A stretch of DNA of 55,100 bases from an uncultured archaeon (GCA_964430885.1 CAYSHM010000020.1:1-55100), one strand, 5' to 3'; shown: positions 7,964 through 18,024, numbered from the stretch's first letter. Notes: a model not told the origin generated them from the letters alone. Numbers and translations are program-made.

Positions 7964-10900
7964 TTATTCGACCGGTAAGGTGGTCGCTATTTTAATCTTA
8001 TCATCGCTGCTCTCATCAATCACGGGTTTTGTGGTGACTGCCTTAGTGATAACTGGCCGAGTGGTTACCTTTTTGGTTGTTGTGGTCTTTCCAGGTGATA
8101 AAGGCCTAGTTGTTACCCTTTTGGTAATGACAGGTCTCATAGATGGAGCGGATTTAGGTTTTGTAGTGGTAGTTGCTGGAGCAGTTGAAACAGGCCTGGT
8201 AGTGGCTACTTTTGGGGACTCTGTTATAACCTGCGGTTCAGGAGTTGTTTCCTGGAATATATCCTTATTTGTAGTGATGGGTGCAATCGGCTTGGTCATC
8301 GGTTTAGGAATCTCCGGCTCTGATGGCATTTTTCCCCCATCAATAGGCTCTTCAAGGTTCATATCATTTTCCGGTAAAGGTTCAGGAGGCAGGAGTGCAG
8401 TTCCTTTTCCATCGCCTGTTGTATCTAGAGCTTCTACTGTTTTGGTCATCTGCGGTTCAGGCTGATGGACCTCCTCTGAAAGAACAGTATGCTGTTGAGG
8501 CATATCAGGTTGTGTTTCGGGGAAAAAGGGACTCCCCTGTTCACTCCCAATTTGCGGGATAGGATCTGCAGATTGGTCAGTAAGAGATTTCTGCGCTGGT
8601 TCAATTGAGAGAGTTTCATCTTTGGATAAGCCTCCCCATTCATCTAGATGGATCTTCAGCTCGGTAGCGTCATCAACCTCCAGGTCAGGTCTATATCTGC
8701 CTTCCTCGTCGTATCCTTCCCTATATCTGCTCTTCTTAACTATAAGAGTGAAGATGATCACAACAATGCTCAGAAGGACAATGATAAGAATAATGCCGAA
8801 GATCAGAGCACCGTCTGATATCTCGGAACCTTTATCATCCCGACCGCGGTTAGAATATGGGGACACAATATTGACCTTGAGGGAAAATACATTATTTGTT
8901 TCATCAGTTTCGGGAATTATTCCCTCTTCGTTGATGCGTACATAGAATGTCCGTTCTCCATAGATATTCAGTTCCCTGGTGAATGAGATAATTTTTGAAT
9001 TTTGGGTATCGATACTGTTCAGTTCCGCAGTATATACTAGAGTTTTACCAAGGAAGAACGATACTGTGAGGTTCTCTCCAGCTAATCCTTCGAATTCTTC
9101 AGATCCTGTATTTTTTATAGCAGCCATGAACCGTGTCTTCTCGTTATAGTTCAATGTGATTTCTTCGCCTTGACTGAAGGTCTCATTCCTTATGGTCAAG
9201 CTATCAACAATGAAATCATAATCCACCACCGGGACGCTTATGTTCAGGAGTTTGGTCTTGGAAGGGTCTCCGTTTGAAGTAGTTTTAAGGAGAAGCGCGT
9301 ATTCACCCAAAGCAGCATTGTTCTCTGCATTGATGGTCATAACAACCTGTTTGGATTCTTCATATGATAATAAAAGGTTCTTGGTCCTTATCACAGCCGA
9401 TATGGGCCCGTCAGAAGCCTTTTCCAAGTTAAGATATATGATGTCCTGGGTATTTCCCATGTTCTCAATGGTCAGGTAATAGTCCTTGGATATTCCCTCA
9501 TTCTTTCTGGCGATCTCGACAACCTTTGTCTCGGTCAATATGCTGTGTTCATATCTGGGATTGATCTGCAATAGAATTTCTGTTTGATCGCTTATAGGCA
9601 AAGGATTGATGGAATAGCCAACCATGATTTTGAAAGAATATGGGTCCAGATCCTTTGTTGTGTTATTGGAATCCGCCCCCCAGTGCATTGGAACGGTTAG
9701 AAAAGCTTTGATCATGGCGGATTCATTTGCATCAAGCCAAAGATCCTGAAGGGGATTATTCAGATACTGGAAGGAAATATGGGGTGAACCGCTGCTAATA
9801 TTGAAAGCCTCATAGGTATTACCTGTATTCTTGATAGCTATGTCATAGATCACCATATCTCCGTTGTCTGCCTGTTGCAGATTTTTAACTGAAGTGATGT
9901 TTACACCAAACTCGGGAAGTATCTGGAAATAGAAGGTGAAGGTATCTTTGGCCTCAAGAGTTTTGCCTGCAAGCACAGTAACAACTACCGGGAACACGTC
10001 ATTGGGTGTACCCCGTGGAACCCAAACTTTCAGGAATATCTGACCCCAGTATAATCGGGGCAGCCCGCCATGGAGTTTACTATCATCGACATATGTCTTC
10101 CAGCCATAGGGATGGCTGACATTGAATTCAATGGTGTCGTCATCACCGTTGCCAGTGTTGGTCACATTGAAGGAGATCCAAACATCTCTTTCAGTATGTA
10201 TGTTGTACTCCAGGACCCGCGCTTTGATATCTATATCGAATTTCTGCAGGACGGCTGTTGCAATGTGAGTGGAGGATTGTATGTTGATATTTTCCATGGA
10301 CGATGCGGTGACGGTCAATATGTCCGTTGATCCGTAGAGAGCATCTTCTGGAACAGTTATCTTTACCTGAACCGTCACATTGTCGTCATCTGTGAATGGT
10401 ACCAGCTCCGGTGTGACTGAGTAAGCCAGCAACCGGGTTTCCCAATGATTGGATGATTTCAAGCTGATTGAGAACGAATCTACAGCATTACCGATATTCC
10501 TGATAGTGAAATTGTATATGACGAACTCACCTGGTCTCGCCGCCGAGCTTTCTGGAGCAATCACTTCTACCTTCGGGTCCGGCAGGACCTCGATGGGAAG
10601 TTCAAGTGATGCATTTGTGACTCCGTCTCCCTTGGAGGCTGCCAATATCTTTATCATCTTTATTCCTGCCATTGCCGAGGCTGGAACTGCAACGATCATG
10701 CTTACCTTACGGGAACTTTCCTTGTCAAGGGAATTGAGCACGTCATGGTCGAAGAGAGGGATTGTCCATCCCTCTTCTTCGGAAGGATATTCAGTGACAT
10801 TCAGCTGAATGTCATCCTTCTTCTCTCCGTCGTTGTAGACTGTAAAAGTAATAGAAATGGCATTTCCTGGTGGACTTTTCATTATGGTCCCGTTATGGCC

Positions 10901-12355
10901 TAGACGAATATCGAAAGGAGACGGATAAATGTCCTTGTCAATATATCCGACATTGTTGGGTGCATATTCGTCTTCAGCCAAAAAGGCTGTGAAGGTTAAT
11001 CTGTAATCGCCTACTGCAGGAGGCATCCAATGAAATGTAACGTTTTCGATCTCTGATTCGATGACGCCCTCTATCTCTCCAGACTCAATAGTTTGCACCT
11101 CTTTTATCATGGAATATCCGCGTCCATCCTCCATGGTTACGGTCATGTTTGCATCTATATTGCCCCAGTTCGCCATTTGAACTGTGACAGGAATGGTCAT
11201 CAGGGGATACCACTGTCCTTTTATTCTGTTCACATCCCAAACTCCGATATCATAGAAAGTTTCACCTCTTATTGTGAACTCTTTTGTGTTACCATCACTG
11301 ACCTCATCATTTCCCATAGTGGTCTCAAGGGTTATGGTATAATCCCTATCCTCAATATCGGGGACTGTCCAATGGAAGGATACAATTGAAGATCCCATAA
11401 CGCTCATTTGGCGGGTGGTTGCGGATGTATCAGTATAGTCGTAGTTATTGCTGGTAATGGTGAGGCTGACCGGGACATTGTTCTGGTTGTTGAATCCGTA
11501 GTTAATAATGCTTGCATTTATTATTATATCTGAATTTGGACGTACCCGGGTATTTGGGACTGGGGAAATAAGGGTTTCCACACCGACATCATTACCCATG
11601 ATGCCAAAGATAATTGACTGCATTGATTGGGGGATTGGATTGCTGTAATATGGCATGTTGAAATGCACCCCGTCACCGTCATTCAGACCGACAGTCAAAC
11701 CGGAGGCGCCGCCCAAGGTCTTGTAATTGAAAAGTATGTTTCCGCTGTCTTTGTAAAGGATCATCTGAAAATCGGAAAGGGCCCCGTTCCAATCGAAGGG
11801 GGTCTTGTACCATGTGGCAACAAATCTGTCAGGATTCGAAAGTGTTTTGTAATAAATACCAGAGTTGGGTGTTGCACTCCAGTAGTATACATACTCCCAT
11901 GCAGGTGATATGACCTTTCTGTAATCGCTATTAGCTGTAGGGAATTGAAGGTTGAAATCATCGCATACTGTAGATTCAAAACTGGCATATCCATGTGTGA
12001 ACAGGTTTATGGATGAATATGTGCTATCGTAGAAATCGAAATCAAAACCGATATTTGCCGATCCCCAACCATCATAACTGAAAGCAATCCTAGTTGCTCC
12101 CTGAAGAGGTTCCTCCCACCGATAGGGTATTGTAGTATCCTGCTGGTAATTGAAACTGGCCCTTGTATCATCGCCTTTGATTTCCGAAGGTGAACCAACT
12201 ATTTCAGAAGAGTTGGGATACATAAAATTTTCCACATCTCCTTTTTGGGTTTTTGCGGTTGTCGGTAAGGTGATCTGAAGACCTGCTGTGACCATGATGG
12301 CCAATAACAAAAGGGACATGATTTTCTTTTTATTGCAACTATTATTCATAGCCAT
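7964..12355 (-). CDS. Very large multi-domain surface protein (nidogen-like N-domain, CARDB/NEW3-type Ig repeats, TM, long Pro/Thr-rich tail)
   Basis: Signal peptide. IGFDFDFYDSTY..FVATW..FQMILY (NIDO-like), many 'I.N.GN..D' Ig repeats, IPETDETNN (CARDB), TM followed by KKSRYR. ATG 12355 lies behind AGGTGT (track start GTG 12364). Confidence 0.75.
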   Translation of the reverse strand: MAMNNSCNKKKIMSLLLLAIMVTAGLQITLPTTAKTQKGDVENFMYPNSSEIVGSPSEIKGDDTRASFNYQQDTTIPYRWEEPLQGATRIAFSYDGWGSANIGFDFDFYDSTYSSINLFTHGYASFESTVCDDFNLQFPTANSDYRKVISPAWEYVYYWSATPNSGIYYKTLSNPDRFVATWYKTPFDWNGALSDFQMILYKDSGNILFNYKTLGGASGLTVGLNDGDGVHFNMPYYSNPIPQSMQSIIFGIMGNDVGVETLISPVPNTRVRPNSDIIINASIINYGFNNQNNVPVSLTITSNNYDYTDTSATTRQMSVMGSSIVSFHWTVPDIEDRDYTITLETTMGNDEVSDGNTKEFTIRGETFYDIGVWDVNRIKGQWYPLMTIPVTVQMANWGNIDANMTVTMEDGRGYSMIKEVQTIESGEIEGVIESEIENVTFHWMPPAVGDYRLTFTAFLAEDEYAPNNVGYIDKDIYPSPFDIRLGHNGTIMKSPPGNAISITFTVYNDGEKKDDIQLNVTEYPSEEEGWTIPLFDHDVLNSLDKESSRKVSMIVAVPASAMAGIKMIKILAASKGDGVTNASLELPIEVLPDPKVEVIAPESSAARPGEFVIYNFTIRNIGNAVDSFSISLKSSNHWETRLLAYSVTPELVPFTDDDNVTVQVKITVPEDALYGSTDILTVTASSMENINIQSSTHIATAVLQKFDIDIKARVLEYNIHTERDVWISFNVTNTGNGDDDTIEFNVSHPYGWKTYVDDSKLHGGLPRLYWGQIFLKVWVPRGTPNDVFPVVVTVLAGKTLEAKDTFTFYFQILPEFGVNITSVKNLQQADNGDMVIYDIAIKNTGNTYEAFNISSGSPHISFQYLNNPLQDLWLDANESAMIKAFLTVPMHWGADSNNTTKDLDPYSFKIMVGYSINPLPISDQTEILLQINPRYEHSILTETKVVEIARKNEGISKDYYLTIENMGNTQDIIYLNLEKASDGPISAVIRTKNLLLSYEESKQVVMTINAENNAALGEYALLLKTTSNGDPSKTKLLNISVPVVDYDFIVDSLTIRNETFSQGEEITLNYNEKTRFMAAIKNTGSEEFEGLAGENLTVSFFLGKTLVYTAELNSIDTQNSKIISFTRELNIYGERTFYVRINEEGIIPETDETNNVFSLKVNIVSPYSNRGRDDKGSEISDGALIFGIILIIVLLSIVVIIFTLIVKKSRYREGYDEEGRYRPDLEVDDATELKIHLDEWGGLSKDETLSIEPAQKSLTDQSADPIPQIGSEQGSPFFPETQPDMPQQHTVLSEEVHQPEPQMTKTVEALDTTGDGKGTALLPPEPLPENDMNLEEPIDGGKMPSEPEIPKPMTKPIAPITTNKDIFQETTPEPQVITESPKVATTRPVSTAPATTTTKPKSAPSMRPVITKRVTTRPLSPGKTTTTKKVTTRPVITKAVTTKPVIDESSDDKIKIATTLPVE

Positions 12356-12412
12356 TCTATACACCTGAAGTCCTATGTGACCGGAGATTGCTTTCTTCTA
12401 TTAGATGCAATC

Positions 12413-12427
12413 TTTAAAATAAGGTTT
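12413..12427 (-). promoter_or_regulatory. Putative BRE/TATA promoter
   Basis: AAACCTTATTTTAAA about 60 nt upstream of the 12355 start. Similar AAACCTTA-W-rich elements precede the genes starting at 943 and 22965. Confidence 0.45.
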
Positions 12428-12434
12428 ATGGCAA

Positions 12435-12453
12435 TATTGACAATATGTCAATA
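12435..12453. promoter_or_regulatory. Perfect 8-3-8 inverted repeat, candidate transcription-factor operator
   Basis: TATTGACA-ATA-TGTCAATA immediately upstream of the putative BRE/TATA. Confidence 0.5.
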
Positions 12454-12626
12454 AACGATGCAGTATGGAGATATTAATATTAATCCTATCTATAATGAAC
12501 GGGCAATCTAATTACCTAGTATAACAGCGGAAATAATTTAAAACCCTTTTTAAAAAAAATGTTACTTTTGAAAAAACAAATACTGCCTGAATAGTCTTTT
12601 AATATGAAATGGAAATTGTTATCAGC

Positions 12627-14153
12627 CTAAGGGTCATTCCTTCTTCTGCTGAATATTATGACAATGACTATGACAATAATCACAATGGCGGAATTGATAA
12701 TTATGATTATTAAAAATCTATTGTCTTCCTCTTCCTTTTCGGGGGCCTTTCTTACCTCAACAGAGTAATAGAAAAATTCCTCTTTGATAATTGCATCATT
12801 CTCTCTTAAAAGGGAAAGCCGAAAAAGAAACCTGCCTTCAAAGATCACCGATTCATTGATATTCATTATGAAATGATTTTTTGACGTATAGGCCAAACCA
12901 GGTATGTTGAAGACCGTCTCTGAGTGGTTGAATGCAGAGGCTCTATCATCTCCATAAAGAACCTTATCGACAACCATATCTACAACGGCATGGGAAGCAA
13001 TAGCAAATCCATTGTTCACGATAGTAATTTCAAGGGTCAAGTTCTCATCGGTATACCCGAAATTCAGAGGGATCTGGACATCCATTGTAAGGTCAGCCAG
13101 GAATTTTTTACCCAGATTCTGCATCACGGTGACCCTGCTGTTTGCAGGGGATTTCAGATCATCAAAATATTCCTCCTCCCCTTTGCAAAGTAGGTTGAAC
13201 CATCTTTCAGCATACACAAGGGCTAGGTCATCCTTCCATTCCCAGGGATTATGAGCCGCATTCTCTATTAGGACATATTCCTTTGGAGTGGGGGCGGCGC
13301 TGTATATGGCCTTGGAATTCAGCATAGGCGGCACTATAGCATCGTTTGTTCCGGCCATCAACAGTATGGGGATATTTCTTTTTCCCAGGAAATCAGTAGG
13401 ATATGGTGGTTTGTAATGGGAGTTGTTATCATAGGTTGCCATGCCTGCAAAACAGCCGAATCGTGGGTCCAGCATTGATGCTACCAGGCCCTGGGCAGCA
13501 CCGGTGGAATGCCCCATTAAACCAATATTCTGAGAGTCAATTTTATTGAATACCGGTGATGTAAGGTTATTGCTGTTCTGGGCCAGGGCCCATGTCAATG
13601 TATCGTTTATGTCATCAACCCAGGGCCACATGTCAGGCCATAGTTCAATATTGTGTTTGTTATATTTTTCAGGTAATTTGTTACCGATATCCGAATCACC
13701 CTGGCCCTGGAAATCGAAGATTACTACGATATACCCCATGGTGGAAATGTTCTCGGCGATCCAGTAGTAGAAAGATTTATCCATGCCTATCCGGTCCCCG
13801 AAACCGATGTATCCTTCACAGAACAAAACCAGGGGGAATTCTAGAGGCATATCCTTATTCTCAGAGTTTGATGCAGGATAATAAACTCTCACCGATATGT
13901 TTGCCCACCAGCGGTTTACATATCCAGTATCATAATGGAGGGTTTTGTAGGTGCCTGGTGGATGATCTTTAATGCTGTCCTGTTCATTATGATCGTCAGG
14001 CCCCACATTATCATCATTTGAATTATCTGCTTCCTCATTTACCTCGTGACCGTATTCACTGATTTCCTGGGCTCCAATATGAACTGCCAAATGCCCCATT
14101 AGAATGATGACTGCAATTAGGATTGCCTGCGTTGAATCAGCTTTTCCCAGCAT
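12627..14153 (-). CDS. Secreted membrane-anchored alpha/beta hydrolase (chlorophyllase/cutinase/dienelactone-hydrolase-like)
   Basis: VYYP, GYIVVIFDFQGQGDS, nucleophile elbow IGLMGHSTG, LLMAGTNDAIVP (Asp), IENAAH (His). C-terminal TM plus RRR. GGTGA RBS. Confidence 0.85.
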   Translation of the reverse strand: MLGKADSTQAILIAVIILMGHLAVHIGAQEISEYGHEVNEEADNSNDDNVGPDDHNEQDSIKDHPPGTYKTLHYDTGYVNRWWANISVRVYYPASNSENKDMPLEFPLVLFCEGYIGFGDRIGMDKSFYYWIAENISTMGYIVVIFDFQGQGDSDIGNKLPEKYNKHNIELWPDMWPWVDDINDTLTWALAQNSNNLTSPVFNKIDSQNIGLMGHSTGAAQGLVASMLDPRFGCFAGMATYDNNSHYKPPYPTDFLGKRNIPILLMAGTNDAIVPPMLNSKAIYSAAPTPKEYVLIENAAHNPWEWKDDLALVYAERWFNLLCKGEEEYFDDLKSPANSRVTVMQNLGKKFLADLTMDVQIPLNFGYTDENLTLEITIVNNGFAIASHAVVDMVVDKVLYGDDRASAFNHSETVFNIPGLAYTSKNHFIMNINESVIFEGRFLFRLSLLRENDAIIKEEFFYYSVEVRKAPEKEEEDNRFLIIIIINSAIVIIVIVIVIIFSRRRNDP

Positions 14154-14319
14154 TAGGTTTCACCAAACGATTTTCTACTCTAAGTTTCCGTATGTCGAGC
14201 TTCCACATAGTAGCTTGCTTTTATAATGAGATACTTGTTAGAATTATTTTACTATATTATACTAGATAAAATTAATTCTCTTTTTTACATGAAGTTTAAA
14301 GCTTGGCGCCCTTGTGTTA

Positions 14320-15456
14320 CTATGGCAATAGTTCAATAATTGCTTCCCGGCCTGTTTCCCCGATTCTCAAATAAGCGCCTGTATTATTTCTACCCATGTG
14401 GTTTGCCGAACTGAACAGCTGCAGTATCTGTTTATGGAAAAGATAACGGTATCCGTCTTCAATGAACTCATGAGAGATGATTATTTTTTTAATCCTATTG
14501 TGATCCAAAAACTCCTTAACCGCTTTCTGTCCAAATCTGATTCGCGGATGAAGGTTCTCATCTTCAACTATGAAGTCATAATCCTCTTCGGCGACCCGGT
14601 TCCAAAGTATTTGGTAATACTGGTCCAATTCCTTTGAATCTTCGGGAGGTTTTATAAGGGTTCTCTTTTTCAATCCCCCAAATTCACCAATATCAACCAG
14701 TCCTTTGGGTAATCCTCCATGCATTCCGATTATTTCGTTGTTGATCAATGATGCAATGGGCATCAGTCCGAATATTTCGTTGTACCAGTAGAATACCTTG
14801 TCAACATCCCTGTAGAGAAATCGATCCTTTATCTCCTCATAAAGACCGTAGTATTTGTTTATATTCATATCCTCGTGGTTTCCTCTAAGCAGAATGATCC
14901 TTTCAGGATATATTAATTTTTCAAGGAATAGCCTGTTCAGCACCTTTATGGAAGCGGCCCCTCGGTCCACATAATCTCCCAGAAAAATGATTCCCGTGTT
15001 TTCAGGGCGGGCCTTGAAGTCTTCAAGAATCTTTTCCAGGCAGTTGTAGTTTCCATGGATGTCTCCAACAAATAACATTTCCTCGAATTGTTTTCTGATA
15101 AGGATATTCTCCTTTTCAAATATATCTGAAACAGCTATTAGTAGGTGCATAGTGAGGTATGTATCAAAATTATCAAGGAATTCGGGATTACTCAGGAAAC
15201 CTTGGATCTTATCGGCGGTAAAAAAAAGTGTTTCCGGATCGAATGTTTCCTCTACGGAAATTGTATTTCGGGCCTTAATAGATCCCTCTATCTCCTTGTC
15301 ATCCATATGGTCTTGGTAGTGTGCCAGATATCCGGATTTCAATCCTTGAATAAGATTGTCCTCCACATCGTGTTCAAGATTTGAATTTTTTTTATCCTTG
15401 ATTATCGCCTTTTTATCTTTCCCGTCATCCGAATCCTGTTCTGGCAGTTTGACCAT
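14320..15456 (-). CDS. PPP-family Ser/Thr protein phosphatase (calcineurin-like)
   Basis: GDIHG, LGDYVDRG, LLRGNHE, MHGG, SHE and LFSSANH motifs, with an acidic N-terminal extension. Confidence 0.9.
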   Translation of the reverse strand: MVKLPEQDSDDGKDKKAIIKDKKNSNLEHDVEDNLIQGLKSGYLAHYQDHMDDKEIEGSIKARNTISVEETFDPETLFFTADKIQGFLSNPEFLDNFDTYLTMHLLIAVSDIFEKENILIRKQFEEMLFVGDIHGNYNCLEKILEDFKARPENTGIIFLGDYVDRGAASIKVLNRLFLEKLIYPERIILLRGNHEDMNINKYYGLYEEIKDRFLYRDVDKVFYWYNEIFGLMPIASLINNEIIGMHGGLPKGLVDIGEFGGLKKRTLIKPPEDSKELDQYYQILWNRVAEEDYDFIVEDENLHPRIRFGQKAVKEFLDHNRIKKIIISHEFIEDGYRYLFHKQILQLFSSANHMGRNNTGAYLRIGETGREAIIELLP

Positions 15457-15861
15457 GACTAATCATCCTCTGTACTTGGAAACCCTGGAATATAATATAT
15501 TATTTTTCATCCATTTCAAACTGTTGGTTTATCATCTCAGAACTTTGATTTGTTGTTTGAAAAAGGAATGGGGTATTTTGAGCCTTTTCGAATCTGGGAT
15601 TGGTGGCTGAAATGTTGTCAAAAGCATTGCTTAATAAAATCATCAGTAAAACTGGTAATTATAAATAATGGGGCAAATTTGTACAGCTTCATATTTTTAC
15701 TATAGTAGAAAGAATTTTATAGAACTTGAGAACATTAAAAATAATGGTTTGGTATTTATGTAAATAGTAAATTAATACCAAATTTGGATTTCATATTTGG
15801 ATGATTGAGAAATAATTAGAATGTGTCATCCTTTAAAGCAATAGGACTTTGAGGTAATAAT

Positions 15862-17259
15862 ATGAAAAAGAAATTGATAGCGATCATCGTAGTAGGAGTT
15901 CTCCTTTTGATGATAATCTCCTTTGTGGTTTACAAGCTTCAGGACGATAGGATAACAAGTCTGTATATTGGTACGATCGATGAGAATTATGACGGTGACG
16001 GTATATCAATCCGGGCATTCACGGATTCATCCGGCTGGTCTTCCATAAATGGAAAATGTGATTACAAGATAAGATATGTGGACGGTGATACAGAGGTTCT
16101 ATCTGGAAGGATGAGCATTAAGAACGATAAGGGTAATATCAATCTACCTTTCAAGGATTTCGTTGCAGGCAACGGGGAATACGAGATAACTGTCCAATAC
16201 GGAGATAAAAAGGATTCGGATGTCTATGATATCGGTTGGGTCCTGGAAGCGGTGGATGTCGATTATAATTTGGGAGATATAGTTAGAGGTGATAACGGTG
16301 ACCTTTCCCAGGGCGGATTGACTATATTCGTGGGACCTCTGAATACAGGGGGATCTTTCAAGTTCGAAATGCCTGCATCTGTGATATCAGATCTAAATAA
16401 TTACGAGGTTACCCAAAATATCTATGATCAATTCAAATCAAATAGCATAGACCTATCGGACCCTGTTACAGGTATAATCGGAGGGACGGTGGAGAAGATA
16501 GATGATGATAAATGGGTGATCAAATACGATCTAAACAAGTACTTTATACAGGAAGAAAGTGGAACGCTTTCAGTCTATCTTCTTAACTCAGGTATCGATG
16601 AAAGAATAAAGGATGCCACCATAGATCTGGAGATATTCTATGAGGGCGCCAAGGTGGATTCTTTCACAAAATCCGTATCTGATTCCAGTAAAGGCGGAAG
16701 TGCCTTCGATTATGAGAGCCAAATATATCAGCAGTACGGAGCGGGAGAGTGGAGATTTGAGGTGACCGCTTCCAATAACAATGTTTCAACGGATTCGAAT
16801 TTCTATGAGGGATTGACCACAGTAATGAAAGCGGATCTGAACCAGAATGTCAGGGCGGATTTGGAAGATTTCGCCTATGATTATAGTACGAAGCATTTTC
16901 ATAAAAGTGTGACAATTTCATCTTCAGAAGCAGAGGATGGATACACCATAGATTTTGATGCTAGCAGTTCAATGAATGATGGGGTCATTACTGAATACCA
17001 ATGGGACTGGGATTATTATAACGACCAAGAGGAGGACATTGAGGATTTTGATGTAGATGATACGGGGGAAACAGTGAGCCACACCTTCTACCCCGATCTC
17101 CCTACCCTCACGCCAAAAACTACGGTATATGACATAGGTTTGAAAGTGGTGGGTGATAGAGAGGTGGTTTTTTATGATTATCTCGAGGGGGAACAGGTAA
17201 CCCAAATGGAAGAGGATTCCCTTATGATCGAATTGGAGATTACAGTAACAGTATTATGA
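15862..17259 (+). CDS. N-terminally anchored acidic surface protein with C-terminal PKD-like domain
   Basis: MKKK plus a hydrophobic helix. IDFDASSS..ITEYQWDWD..GETVSHTF is a PKD signature. GAGGT RBS. Confidence 0.7.
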   Translation: MKKKLIAIIVVGVLLLMIISFVVYKLQDDRITSLYIGTIDENYDGDGISIRAFTDSSGWSSINGKCDYKIRYVDGDTEVLSGRMSIKNDKGNINLPFKDFVAGNGEYEITVQYGDKKDSDVYDIGWVLEAVDVDYNLGDIVRGDNGDLSQGGLTIFVGPLNTGGSFKFEMPASVISDLNNYEVTQNIYDQFKSNSIDLSDPVTGIIGGTVEKIDDDKWVIKYDLNKYFIQEESGTLSVYLLNSGIDERIKDATIDLEIFYEGAKVDSFTKSVSDSSKGGSAFDYESQIYQQYGAGEWRFEVTASNNNVSTDSNFYEGLTTVMKADLNQNVRADLEDFAYDYSTKHFHKSVTISSSEAEDGYTIDFDASSSMNDGVITEYQWDWDYYNDQEEDIEDFDVDDTGETVSHTFYPDLPTLTPKTTVYDIGLKVVGDREVVFYDYLEGEQVTQMEEDSLMIELEITVTVL

Positions 17260-17337
17260 TGTTCAGTTGCAAAAGTGTATTTTAAGCATAATTTATTTAA
17301 ATATTATATTTGAATGAAGATTGGAACGGGGATATAG

Positions 17338-17898
17338 ATGCAGGATAATTCGGGAACAGATGTTAATGGGTCAAGTGACACAGGTGAGGAACTTCGCGCA
17401 GTGGACGAGAAGATCAAGGCCATCAAAACAAAGGTTCGAAAGGCTAGATTGTTCTATAAGAAGGGAAAGATGGATAAGGCCAGGTACAGTAAATTGATTA
17501 AGAAGTACAAAAAAATGCTGAGAGGATATGAGAAGAAAAGGAAAATCCTCCTGGCAGCCCATATGGAACCGTCTTATGCATCTGATGACTCCTTTGAACA
17601 GGAGTTCGAGGGGCAGGTTCAATATGAATCCGAGGCGGGCGGGTCTGAGGGTTTTTACGAAGAGGCACCAGAATCCGGCTCAATTGAAGAAGAAACACCT
17701 TCTCAAACTGTTGAGGTTGAACACCGTTCCCAGCTGGATTATTCCCATCTGTTCAGAGAAATCGAGGCAGATGAGAGCTGGGTGGAACCTCTATTATCCA
17801 CTGAGTTCCAATGCGAGACCCGATCATGTCCGTCCTGCAGTGAGGAAGTCAGAACTCATTGGATAGTATGCCCTTCATGTAATGGCGATCTGCAGTAG
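17338..17898 (+). CDS. Zinc-ribbon protein with basic helical N-terminus
   Basis: C-terminal CPSC-x10-CPSC, a Lys-rich helical hairpin (FYKKGKMDKARY) and an acidic linker. Confidence 0.7.
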   Translation: MQDNSGTDVNGSSDTGEELRAVDEKIKAIKTKVRKARLFYKKGKMDKARYSKLIKKYKKMLRGYEKKRKILLAAHMEPSYASDDSFEQEFEGQVQYESEAGGSEGFYEEAPESGSIEEETPSQTVEVEHRSQLDYSHLFREIEADESWVEPLLSTEFQCETRSCPSCSEEVRTHWIVCPSCNGDLQ

Positions 17899-18024
17899 TG
17901 TTCAATTGCATGACATAAGTTCGTGGTCACCCTAATGGCTCAATCGCGGTAACTCAATATTCATTTGATTCTAACTTTCTTGATTCTTCTATTCAAGAAT
18001 GGCCTTTTAAAAGGAGAAAATGGA

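Noticed and set aside
12627-14153. Calling the hydrolase a PETase
   Set aside because: The elbow is GHSTG rather than GHSMG, and substrate cannot be inferred from the motifs.
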